A stretch of 64,000 nt of DNA from the NCBI GenBank assembly GCA_016708465.1, contig JADJFT010000001.1, positions 249,680-313,679 on the forward strand, read 5' to 3'. The first letter of the stretch is position 1. Every line of letters begins with the position of its first letter. Shown here piece after piece: positions 51,871 through 61,293 of this stretch. The position numbers and the translations under genes were made by a program. This DNA is from Rhodanobacteraceae bacterium (GTDB taxonomy: Bacteria > Pseudomonadota > Gammaproteobacteria > Xanthomonadales > Ahniellaceae). The notes beneath the pieces are model-generated. The model ran no database searches and was not told where the DNA came from. It was given only the letters and a program-made list of their open reading frames with translations.

Positions 51871-52620
51871 TCATCCACCATGACGACTGGCCCTATCCGG
51901 TCCGAGTCGGAGGCTCGTGCCGGGTGGAACGACTTGGTTCAGCACGGCGAGTGCGGTGGTCTGGCCGCTGCAGGCAATCTCGCCGATGTCGATGCCGTCG
52001 CCGTAGAGCCTGTCGCCACTCCGCCAAACCGTTTCTGTGCCGCCTTGTAGTCGAACCAGCGCGCGCTTGTTGCGACCGAGGAAATGCGTACGTGCGATGA
52101 TTTCCTGCCCGGGGTAACAGCCCTTCTTCACACTAAATGCGTCGAATCGTTCGAGTCGCAGCGAATGCGCCAAGTGGCGGCCAGATGCTGTTTCATCGAT
52201 CAAGACTAGGCCGGCAGCGATGAAGCGATCGATTGCATCGATATTAATCACGATGGTTGCGCCACGATCGACCACAGCGAAGTGAAGCCCGTCGATGCCG
52301 GTGTCAAGACCTGTTGCCGAGGCGACGACGCATTTGTCGACATCGAATTCAATGCGCAGCTTGCGTCGAAACACGAGGCGGCGCAGGATGTCGGCCAACT
52401 CGTTCCCTCTTTGGAATGGGACGAGTAACGACCAATCGTTGACGGTTGTACGAATCACTGCCACGACGAATAACACGCGGCCTTGGGGATTCAGCAATGC
52501 CGACCAACGCAGTGTGCCATCGGCCAGCGCCATCAGATCGGCCGCGAATTGGCTGTGCAGGAAGGGGAGTGCGTCGGCACCCCGAACATTCAAGATTTCG
52601 AACAAATTGGTACGTTCCAT
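51871..52620 (-). CDS. ygfZ: Folate-binding Fe-S cluster repair/tRNA-modification protein YgfZ (GcvT-like).
   Basis: KKGCYPGQEIIARTHFLGRNKR signature. I chose ATG 52620 because the longer ORF would overlap the DUF1674 gene region; the exact start is uncertain. Confidence 0.7.
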   Translation of the reverse strand: MERTNLFEILNVRGADALPFLHSQFAADLMALADGTLRWSALLNPQGRVLFVVAVIRTTVNDWSLLVPFQRGNELADILRRLVFRRKLRIEFDVDKCVVASATGLDTGIDGLHFAVVDRGATIVINIDAIDRFIAAGLVLIDETASGRHLAHSLRLERFDAFSVKKGCYPGQEIIARTHFLGRNKRALVRLQGGTETVWRSGDRLYGDGIDIGEIACSGQTTALAVLNQVVPPGTSLRLGPDRASRHGG

Positions 52621-52718
52621 GCCGCAATTGTGCCTGTATTGCAGACATGCCGCGTCGTCGATCACATCTTCATCCTTGTCGCTGATGCCCCCGGGGCAAT
52701 AAACTCCGTGGCTCAGCC

Positions 52719-52874
52719 ATGAAACAACAGCCACTCTCCGAACCCACGCCCGTCGACCCGTCGGCGCCAAAAGTGCCGCCGCCGATCACGCCCGTCGAAA
52801 TCGGCGGCCGCAAGGGCCCCGAACCGACGCGCTACGGCGATTGGGAGAAAGATGGGCGTTGTATCGATTTCTAG
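52719..52874 (+). CDS. DUF1674 / SDHAF4-like small protein; absent from the ORF track because it is shorter than 60 aa.
   Basis: My own translation: MKQQPLSEPTPVDPSAPKVPPPITPVEIGGRKGPEPTRYGDWEKDGRCIDF-stop. The C-terminal GPEPTRYGDWE.KGRCIDF is the family signature. It lies 30 nt upstream of sdhC. Confidence 0.7.
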   Translation: MKQQPLSEPTPVDPSAPKVPPPITPVEIGGRKGPEPTRYGDWEKDGRCIDF

Positions 52875-52904
52875 GCTCCCCAATGTATCGACCAGGAGAA
52901 TCCG

Positions 52905-53288
52905 ATGAGCGTGCAACGGCCGTTGTCGCCCCACCTGCAGGTCTACCAGCTGCAATTGACTTCAACGCTGTCGATCCTGCATCGCATTACCGGGCTTTGG
53001 CTGTGCCTTGGATCGATCGCGCTGATCTGCTGGATCGTGTCGCTAGCGGCTGGTCCAGAAGCCTATGCAGGCTTCGATGATTTTGCGCACGGCTGGGGCG
53101 GCAAGGTCGTCGTGGTCGTGTCGGTATTCGCACTCTGCTATCACCTTGGCAATGGCATCCGTCATTTGTTCTGGGACGCCGGTCGTGGTTTCGATCTGAA
53201 AACCACTTATGCCAGCGGCTATGCAGTCGTCGCCTTCGCAATCATTGCAACCGGCGGCATACTCTTCCTGCTCGGAGGTGCACGATGA
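52905..53288 (+). CDS. sdhC: Succinate dehydrogenase cytochrome b556 subunit.
   Basis: MSVQRPLSPHLQVYQLQLTSTLSILHRITG. Confidence 0.9.
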   Translation: MSVQRPLSPHLQVYQLQLTSTLSILHRITGLWLCLGSIALICWIVSLAAGPEAYAGFDDFAHGWGGKVVVVVSVFALCYHLGNGIRHLFWDAGRGFDLKTTYASGYAVVAFAIIATGGILFLLGGAR

Positions 53289-53665
53289 GCCTGCGTACGC
53301 CGCTCGCTCGCGCCCGTGGCCTCGGTTCGGCAAAAGACGGTACGCCGCATTGGTGGATGCAGCGCGTCACCGCCGTGTTGCTGGCACCCCTGTCGATTTG
53401 GTTCCTGCTCTGCGTCTTGCCGATGCTGGCTGCCGACTACGCTGACGCCCGTGTTTGGTTGGCGCAACCGCTGAATGCGTTACTGATCCTCGCGTTCGCG
53501 CTGGCAGTCATCTATCACGCCTTGCTGGGTGTGCAGGTAGTGATCGAGGACTACATTCATACCCGCTGGATCGAAGTTGCGCTGCTGACCTCGATTCGCT
53601 TGATTGCTTTCCTTGCCGCACTCGCGACGTCGCTCGCGATTGTGCGCATCGCCGTAGGAGGCTGA
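53285..53665 (+). CDS. sdhD: Succinate dehydrogenase hydrophobic membrane anchor subunit.
   Basis: [29 protein letters not shown] overlap with sdhC. Confidence 0.9.
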   Translation: MSLRTPLARARGLGSAKDGTPHWWMQRVTAVLLAPLSIWFLLCVLPMLAADYADARVWLAQPLNALLILAFALAVIYHALLGVQVVIEDYIHTRWIEVALLTSIRLIAFLAALATSLAIVRIAVGG

Positions 53666-53666
53666 C

Positions 53667-55458
53667 ATGGCGAAGGACGCCTACAAGATTGTTCACCACA
53701 AGTACGATGCGGTTGTTGTTGGTGCCGGCGGTGCCGGTCTGCGCGCGACCATGGGCCTCGCCGCCAAGGGGTTGAGCACAGCCTGTATCTCCAAAGTTTT
53801 CCCGACGCGATCGCATACCGTCGCGGCGCAGGGCGGCATGTCGGCCGCACTCGCAAACATGGGTGCGGACGACTGGCGCTGGCACTTCTTCGACACAGTG
53901 AAGGGGTTCCGATTGGCTCGGTGACCAGGACGCCATCGAATACATGTGTCGCGAAGCAATTCCGGCGGTGATCGAACTCGAGCACTACGGCGTGCCGTTC
54001 TCTCGTACCGATGACGGCCGCATTTACCAGCGCCCATTTGGCGGCATGACCACGAAGTTCGGCGAAGGCCCACCGGCTCAGCGCACCTGCGCGGCCGCCG
54101 ACCGCACCGGTCACGCCATCCTGCACACGCTGTACCAGCAGTCGCTCAAGCATGACGCACGCTTCTTTATCGAGTACTTCGCACTCGACTTGATCATGGA
54201 CAACGGTGTTTGCCGCGGCGTCATTGCCTGGGACCTGGCCGAAGGCACGCTGCACGTGTTCCGCGCCCATGCCGTGATTCTCGCAACCGGCGGTTATGGC
54301 CGCGCCTACTTCTCGGCGACCTCGGCGCATACCTGCACCGGCGACGGCGGCGGCATGGTGCTGCGCGCCGGTTTGCCGCTGCAAGACATGGAATTCGTGC
54401 AATTCCATCCAACCGGCATCTATGGTGCTGGCTGCCTGATCACGGAAGGCGTGCGTGGCGAAGGTGGATACCTGACCAATTCCAAGGGCGAGCGCTTCAT
54501 GGAGCGTTATGCGCCGAGCGTGAAAGATCTGGCGCCACGCGACATGGTCAGTCGTTGCATGACCATGGAGATCCGCGAAGGCCGCGGCGTCGGTGCAGAA
54601 TCCGACCATATCCATCTGCACCTCGAACACCTCGGTGCAGCCACCATCCACGAGAAGCTGCCGGGCATTTCCGAATCTGCGCGCATTTTCGCGGGGGTCG
54701 ACGTTACTCGTGAGCCGATTCCGGTTATCCCGACCGTGCACTACAACATGGGCGGCATCCCGACCAATTACCACGGCGAAGTCGTGACCAAGCAGGGCGA
54801 CAATCCCGACACGGTCGTGCCCGGCCTATTCGCGATCGGTGAAGCCGCCTGCGTCTCCGTGCATGGTGCGAACCGGCTCGGTTCAAACTCATTACTCGAT
54901 CTGGTTGTGTTCGGTCGCGCTGTCGCCAACCGCTGTGGCGATGTCGTTACCGCAGGTGCGACGCATAAGGAATTGCCAGCCAATTCGCTCGATGCATCGC
55001 TATCGAACTTTGATCGCCTGCGCCATGCCAATGGCAGCGCGCCGACGGCCGATATCCGCTTGAGCATGCAGCGCACTATGCAGCTTGATGCGGCCGTCTT
55101 CCGTACCGGCGAGTCGTTGAAGAACGGCTGCAACAAGATGACGGAGGTGTTCAAGTCGTTCGGCGACGTCAAGGTGACTGATCGATCATTGGTCTGGAAC
55201 TCGGATCTGGTCGAGACGCTTGAGTTGCAGAACTTGCTCGGGCAGGCGGTTGCAACGATGTTTTCGGCAGAACACCGCACCGAGAGTCGCGGCGCACATG
55301 CCCGCGAAGATTTTGCGACGCGAGACGATGTGAATTGGATGAAGCACACGCTGGTGAACGTTAGCGAGCGCGGCGACTGCACATTCGACTATCGCCCGGT
55401 GCACATGAACACACTGGGTGGCGTCGATCCGATTCCGCCGAAAGAACGCAAGTACTGA
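53667..55458 (+). pseudogene. sdhA: Succinate dehydrogenase flavoprotein subunit with a +1 frameshift in a G4 run.
   Basis: [15 protein letters not shown]...[10 protein letters not shown] (ORF 53667-53924), then ...[23 protein letters not shown]... (ORF 53944-55458). Removing one G from GGGG 53903-53906 gives [19 protein letters not shown]. Confidence 0.95.
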
Positions 55459-55465
55459 GGCGACG

Positions 55466-55831
55466 ATGTCACCGCAGACCGGACTCATCGCATGGCAGTG
55501 GGCGACCTACGAGCGCAATCACCGCGACCGTCTGAATCTCATCGTGCATTTCTTGACGGTACCGGCGTTTATCGCTGGGGTATTGTCAGCATTGCGTCTG
55601 CTGACGTTAGGATTGCTTGTTCAAGCGGCGGCGATGTTCAGCGTGGCCGCACTCGCATTCCTGGTTCAAGTCGTCGGCCACAAACGCGAAGCCGAAGCAC
55701 CGATGCCATTCGATGGCCCACTCAACGTGATCGGCCGCATCTTTACCGAGCAGTTCATCAGCTTTCCGCGTTTCGTCTTCACCGGTGGCTGGGCGCGCAA
55801 TCTCGCCGGCCAGTCTCCTGATCAGACATGA
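55466..55831 (+). CDS. Mpo1/DUF962-like small membrane protein inserted between sdhA and sdhB.
   Basis: ATG 55466 follows [23 protein letters not shown] and [14 protein letters not shown] resemble the H..N...H and GH..E..P motifs of DUF962. The stop overlaps the ATG at 55828. Confidence 0.6.
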   Translation: MSPQTGLIAWQWATYERNHRDRLNLIVHFLTVPAFIAGVLSALRLLTLGLLVQAAAMFSVAALAFLVQVVGHKREAEAPMPFDGPLNVIGRIFTEQFISFPRFVFTGGWARNLAGQSPDQT

Positions 55832-55839
55832 GGTCCACC

Positions 55840-56353
55840 ATGGCCGAATTCACACTTCCGAAGAACTCCAAGATCACTGCCGGAAAGCATCACCCCGCGA
55901 AGGTCGGTGCCAAGCAGGTTCGCAAGTTCAAGGTATATCGCTGGAACCCGGACGACGGTGCCAATCCGCGTACCGATACCTACGACGTCGACGTCGGCAG
56001 CTGCGGCCCGATGGTTCTCGATGCGCTGATCAAGATCAAGAACGAGGTTGATCCGACGCTGACCTTCCGTCGTTCCTGCCGCGAAGGCATCTGCGGTTCG
56101 TGCGCGATGAATATCGACGGTAGTACCAACACGCTGGCCTGTACCAAATCGATCAGCGAGTGTGGCTCAGGCGAGGTCAAGATCTATCCGTTGCCGCACA
56201 TGCCGGTCGTCAAGGATCTGGTGCCTGATCTGACGCAGTTCTACGCCCAATATGCATCGATTCGTTTGCACAAAAACCTGTCCGAAGGGCCTGAATCCGG
56301 CCAAGGCGATCGCCGAAATCAAGAAGCTAATGCTGCAGCGACGCACGCTCTGA
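55840..56353 (+). pseudogene. sdhB: Succinate dehydrogenase iron-sulfur subunit with an internal ~270-nt out-of-frame deletion.
   Basis: The N-part [12 protein letters not shown]...[15 protein letters not shown]...[11 protein letters not shown] is normal ([2Fe-2S] domain). At about 56263-56267 it jumps to another frame reading [28 protein letters not shown]-stop (56351-56353), the normal C-terminus. The segment in between, which normally carries the C..C..C...CP clusters, is absent. Confidence 0.9.
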
Positions 56354-56357
56354 CGCC

Positions 56358-56615
56358 GTGATCGCTGCCGACGACCTACGTCTCAAGCGCATGCGCTGGC
56401 ATTGTCGGCGCGGTACGCGTGAACTTGACCGTTTGCTCGAACGCTGGCTGGATGAACACGCTGCAGTTGCCAACGAAGCGCGTATCCTGCAGTTCGAAGC
56501 AGTGCTTGCCTGCGAAGACCGCGAGCTGCAACGCTGGATTCTCGGTTATCAAGTCTGCGAACGCGCCGAACTGACGGCGCTGATCGATGAAATCCGCGCC
56601 AATCCTATCGTTTGA
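56358..56615 (+). CDS. sdhE: FAD assembly factor SdhE (SDHAF2/YgfY/CptB family).
   Basis: GTG start. [23 protein letters not shown] carries the RGxxE motif region. Confidence 0.85.
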   Translation: MIAADDLRLKRMRWHCRRGTRELDRLLERWLDEHAAVANEARILQFEAVLACEDRELQRWILGYQVCERAELTALIDEIRANPIV

Positions 56616-57003
56616 ACCGCGCCCTTCGCGCATTGCCGGCTGGTGTTCCGCACTGATCGCGGTGCTGGCCATCACCGCGATTTTCGTGAGCGGCTTGCCG
56701 TTCACAGGGCAGGCGGTGATCGCATGCCTTGTGGCGATTGTGCTGGCGCGATCGCTGCGTGCACCGCGCATCGCCTCTGGACTGCGCTACACCCTGCAAC
56801 TTGATGACGAGTGGCAATACCTGCGCGATGCCGCTGTTCAATCGGTCAAGCTGAAGCAAGCGCATGACCTCGGTTTCCTCATCGCCCTGCAGTTTCGCAA
56901 CGGCGCCGGAGGTCGCATCGACCTCGCGCTCTGGCCCGATTCGATTCCAGCGGACACGCGGCGGCAGTTGCGGGTGTGGCTCACTCGGCATCAGTGCTAT
57001 TAA
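56587..57003 (+). CDS. YgfX/CptA-like inner-membrane protein.
   Basis: 138 aa with two TM helices, then ...DLALWPDSIPADTRRQLRVWL, comparable to the E. coli YgfX C-terminus (LWLAADSMDEAEWRDLRRIL). It overlaps the end of sdhE by 29 nt; the start is uncertain. Confidence 0.55.
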   Translation: MKSAPILSFEPRPSRIAGWCSALIAVLAITAIFVSGLPFTGQAVIACLVAIVLARSLRAPRIASGLRYTLQLDDEWQYLRDAAVQSVKLKQAHDLGFLIALQFRNGAGGRIDLALWPDSIPADTRRQLRVWLTRHQCY

Positions 57004-57051
57004 GCGTTCACATCACACCGCTACACTGACCTCTCGCCAAGACATTCCTGC

Positions 57052-58295
57052 ATGTTCCGACCCCTAGAGCTGTTCATCGGCCTGCGTTACACGCGAGCAA
57101 AGCGCCGGAACCATTTCATTTCGTTCATCTCAATGGTGTCGATGCTCGGCATTGCGCTTGGGGTGACGGCGTTGATCACGGTGATCTCGGTGATGAATGG
57201 ATTCGAGGGTGAGTTGCGGGCGCGCATCCTCGGCATGGTGTCGCATGCGACCGTTGCTGGTGTCGGTGATGGATTGGCCGAGTGGGAAACCGCGTTGGCG
57301 ACAGCGAAGACCGTGCCGCATGTGATCGGTGCTGCGCCGTATATCGAGCGCGAGGCAATGCTGCAGGGCGGACGTGTCAGCGGTGCGATTCTGCGCGGTG
57401 TTGATCCTTTGCTGGAACGTGAAGTCAGCGAGATTGCTGATCGCGTCGTCGAAGGTTCCTGGGATGCATTGAAACCTGGTGAATACGGCATCGTGCTTGG
57501 CCGCGAACTGGCGCTCTGGGCAGGTGCTGAACTCGGCGGCGACGTGCTGGTCTTCGCACCGCAAGTGCGTGCCACTCCGGCGGGAGTTTTGCCACAGATG
57601 CGACGCTTCAAAGTTGTCGGCATCTTCGAAGCGGGCATGCAGGAATACGATCGCGGCATGGCCATCATCCATGTCGCCGATGCCGGCAAGCTCTTCCGCA
57701 TGGGTGACAAGGTCACCGGCGTCCGTCTCAAGCTGGATGACCTGTTCAAGGCCAGTCAGTCGCGGTAAAACTGGCGGACCAACTCGGTGGCTTCTATCGG
57801 GTGCGTGACTGGACCAGTGAGCACGCAAATTTCTTCCGCGCGGTGCAGACCGAGAAGACGGTGATGTTCATCATCCTGTCGCTGATCGTCGCGGTTGCGG
57901 CGTTCAATCTGGTGTCGTCGCTGGTCATGCTGGTCACCGACAAGCAAAGCGATATCGCTATTCTGCGTACGCTCGGCTTGAGTCCGCGTTCGGTGATGGG
58001 CGTGTTCGTGGTTCAGGGCACGATCATCGGACTGGTCGGGATCGTGCTCGGCACCATTGGCGGTGTGTTGCTCGCCGACAATGTGACCCGAGTGATGCGT
58101 TTACTCGAATCGATCTTCGGCTTCGAATTGATGCCGGCCGACATTTACTACATCAGCGACCTGCCGTCCGATCTGCGTTGGGATGATGTCGGCAGCATCG
58201 TCGGTCTCGCGTTTGTGCTGTGCCTGATCGCAACGCTGTATCCGGCATGGCGGGCGGCACGCACGCATCCGGTCGAGGCGTTGCGCTACGAATGA
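57052..58295 (+). pseudogene. lolC: Lipoprotein-releasing system permease, LolC/LolE family, with a 1-nt deletion.
   Basis: MFRPLELFIGLRYTRAKRRNHFISFIS... (ORF 57052-57768) continues as VAVKLADQLGGFYRVRDWTSEHANFFRAVQTEK... (frame of ORF 57801-58295). A base is missing at 57752-57753 (gcC cag expected). Confidence 0.9.
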
Positions 58296-58981
58296 ATACG
58301 AATAACGACATCGTGCTTGCTGCCCACGGCGTGGCCAAGACCTATCACGAAACCGGCGTTGAAACGCCGGTATTTTCGGGCATCGACTTTGCCGTACGTG
58401 CCGGCGAAGCGATTGCCATCATGGGGGCCTCCGGTGCCGGCAAGAGCACGCTATTGCATCTGCTTGGTGGGCTCGACGTACCCGATTGCGGTGAAATTAC
58501 CGTCGCTGGCCAACGCATGAATGCGCTGAGTGACAGCGCGCGCGGTCGTCTGCGCAACGAGGCACTCGGTTTCGTCTACCAGTTTCACCACCTGCTGCCG
58601 GAATTCACAGCGCTCGAAAATGTGGCGATGCCGCTATTGATTCGCGGTTTGTCGGTGGCAGCGGCGAGGGCAGCGGCGCAGCAGATTCTCGATCGCGTCG
58701 GTCTAGGGGCACGGCTCGAACACAAACCCGGCGAACTTTCCGGTGGCGAGCGCCAGCGCGCTGCAATCGCACGGGCGCTGGTCACGACGCCGAAATGTGT
58801 ACTCGCCGACGAACCGACCGGTAACCTCGATGCCGGTAATTCCGATGCGATCTGCAGCATGTTGTTGGCGCTGAAGCGCGACCTCGGCACGGCCATCGTC
58901 ATCGTCACGCACTCACAAGAACTCGCTTCACGCATGGATCGCGTGCTCGAGCTGTGCGGTGGCAAGCTGGTTCCGCGCTGA
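58292..58981 (+). CDS. lolD: Lipoprotein-releasing system ATP-binding protein.
   Basis: ATG 58292 overlaps the permease stop (ATGA). GASGAGKSTLLH, LSGGERQRAAIARAL and LADEPTGNLD. Confidence 0.95.
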   Translation: MNTNNDIVLAAHGVAKTYHETGVETPVFSGIDFAVRAGEAIAIMGASGAGKSTLLHLLGGLDVPDCGEITVAGQRMNALSDSARGRLRNEALGFVYQFHHLLPEFTALENVAMPLLIRGLSVAAARAAAQQILDRVGLGARLEHKPGELSGGERQRAAIARALVTTPKCVLADEPTGNLDAGNSDAICSMLLALKRDLGTAIVIVTHSQELASRMDRVLELCGGKLVPR

Positions 58982-58988
58982 GCGATCG

Positions 58989-61267
58989 ATGTTGAACCTG
59001 CCGCGATTCGCGCCTGGATTCCTGATCGGCGCGGTCGTGGCCTGTGCCGTACCGACGCTACCGCCATTGGCATGGGTGATCACAATCGGCGTTGTCGCGC
59101 TGGCTACCCTCTGGCTGCGTATTCGTTGGTTGATTCCGGTTGCCGCAGTCTTGGTTGGCGGCACGTGGTTGTGGTTCAACGCCGACGGTGCATTGCAGTC
59201 ACGCTTGCCAGCCGCCGCCGATGGCCGCGATCTACCAATGCAGATTGAAGTGGTCGGACTGCCGGAGCTGCGCGAGCGTCAGATCCGTTTCGAGGCCCGC
59301 GTCGTTCAATCCGAGTTGCTGGATCGCGGCGCGAAGCTGCGCCTGAATTGGTACACGCCGGCGCCGGAACTTCGTGCTGGTGATCGGATTGAGGCAACGC
59401 TGCGATTGCGACGTCCGCGTGGATTGATGAATCCAGGCGGCTTCGACTTCGAACGCCATGCGCTGACCGAACGCATCGCCGCCGTGGGCTACGTGCGAAC
59501 CGGTCAGGTGACGCTGCCGGGTGCTGGTGGCGCACTCGATCGATTACGCGGCCGTATCGCCGAACGAATCGATGCACGGGTGGCCAATCCGACCATCGCA
59601 GCGCTGTTGCGCGCACTCGCCATCGGCGATGTGCGTGGTTTGCGCGACGACGATTGGGACGTTCTACGCGCCACCGGCACCGGGCATCTGATCGCGATCT
59701 CAGGATTGCATGTCGGACTCGTTGCAGCCGTCGGTGCATGGTGGTTCGCCTTGCTTTACCGGCTGTTTCCGCGGCTCGGCCTGCGTTGGCCGCGTCCGCA
59801 GGCAATGGCCGTTGGCGCGCTATTCACGGCAACCGCCTATGCGTTACTGGCCGGATTCGGCGTGCCAGTGGTGCGGACCTTGCTGATGATCGCGGTGGCG
59901 CTGTCGGCGACCTTGATGCGGCGACGGTTTCGCAGCGGTGATGCGTTGCTGATCGCCGCTCTGGTGATTGTTGTCATCGATCCGCTGAGCCTGCTCGGTG
60001 CCGGATTCTGGTTGAGCTTTGTCGGGGTCGCCTTTCTGATCTGGGCGATGACTGGATCAAGCGTCGCTCGGCGGACTCTGGCGCGCAGGTTGCGATGAGT
60101 GTCGGATTGTTGCCGATCGGTGCCTGGTGGTTTGCACAGACCAGCGTGATTGGATTCGCGGCGAACTTGATTGCCGTGCCGTGGATCACCTTTGTGGTCG
60201 TTCCGATGCTCTTGCTGGCGATGCTATTCGATGCGATTACCGGCTGGAATGGCCTGTATGCGGTGCCGGCAGCATTGCTCGAGCCATTGTGGTCGAGTCT
60301 GGCTGCGGCAGCAGCATCGCCGTGGGCACAATGGCAGTTCGCTCAGTTCGGACTATGGGCACTGATGCTGGCGGTGGTAGGTGCAGCGTGGGCCTTGTTG
60401 CCACGCGGTGTGCCGATGCGCGCGGCAGGATTGTTGCTGATGCTGCCCTTGCTATGGCCGCGACACGAGGATTTGTCCGAGGGCGAGTTCGAACTCACCG
60501 TGTTCGATGTTGGTCAAGGCTTGTCAACGCTGGTGCGGACACGCACGCACGCCATGCTCTACGACACTGGCGCGCGCGTCTCGGCTGACTTCGATTTCGG
60601 CGACGCCGTGGTTGTGCCGAGTCTGTACGCGCTCGCGGTCGGACAGTTGGACCGCCTGATGATCAGCCATCTCGATGATGATCACGCCGGCGGCCGGGGG
60701 GCGGTGAAACGCGCCTTCCCGGAGGCGCTTGAAAGTATCGGTAACGAGGCCGACCCAGCGCCGCGTTGTGAAGCCGGACAGCATTGGACCTGGGACGGCG
60801 TGCGCTTCGACGTGCTGCATCCACCGCAGCATTTTCCGGATCTCGATAACGACAATTCGTGCGTGCTGCGTATTGCCTCACCGCGCGGAAGTGCGCTTTT
60901 GCCCGGCGATATCGGCACATTGATCGAACAGCGATTGGTGCGCGAGCAGGTTGCGGCGATCGACGTCGATGTCGTCGTTGCCGCGCATCACGGCAGCAAG
61001 AATTCGTCGTCACCGGCGTTTGTCGCTGCGACATCAGCCGACACCGTGGTGTTCTCGCGCGGTTGGCGCAGTCGTTTCGGACATCCTGCTGCGGAGGTGG
61101 TGCAGCGATGGATGACTGCTGGCGCGGTGACTTCCGATACCGCAGTCCAGGGAGCCATCACGATCCGCTTCGATCGCAATGGCGCAATCGTCCATTCCGC
61201 CCGCGACGACAGCGCCGTATTTTGGCGCGAGCACGGCCACGACGCAGTGTTGTCAGGATCGCGGTAA
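58989..61267 (+). pseudogene. comEC: DNA internalization-related competence protein ComEC/Rec2 with at least one frameshift.
   Basis: The N-terminal competence domain (...TGTGHLIAISGLHVG...) is in ORF 58959-60098. The remaining TM region and the metallo-beta-lactamase domain (VFDVGQGLS...HLDDDHAGG...AAHHGS) are in ORF 60095-61267. The frame changes somewhere in 60045-60095; the exact position is not resolvable by eye. Confidence 0.9.
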
Positions 61268-61293
61268 TTGCGCTGCACACTGTTAGAATCCGC

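Noticed and set aside
53557-54774. 405-aa minus-strand ORF.
   Set aside because: It lies antisense to sdhA, whose identity is unambiguous. Its composition is that of a GC-rich shadow frame.
1-61267. Programmed ribosomal frameshifting or recoding as an explanation for the split genes.
   Set aside because: The sites include both +1 and -1 events in unrelated housekeeping genes. They occur at plain G/C or A/T runs, with no common slippery heptamer and no downstream structure. No such recoding is known for these families.
60859-61293. Upstream extension of the exbB ORF.
   Set aside because: It overlaps the comEC beta-lactamase domain in another frame. The ExbB homology begins at ATG 61294.
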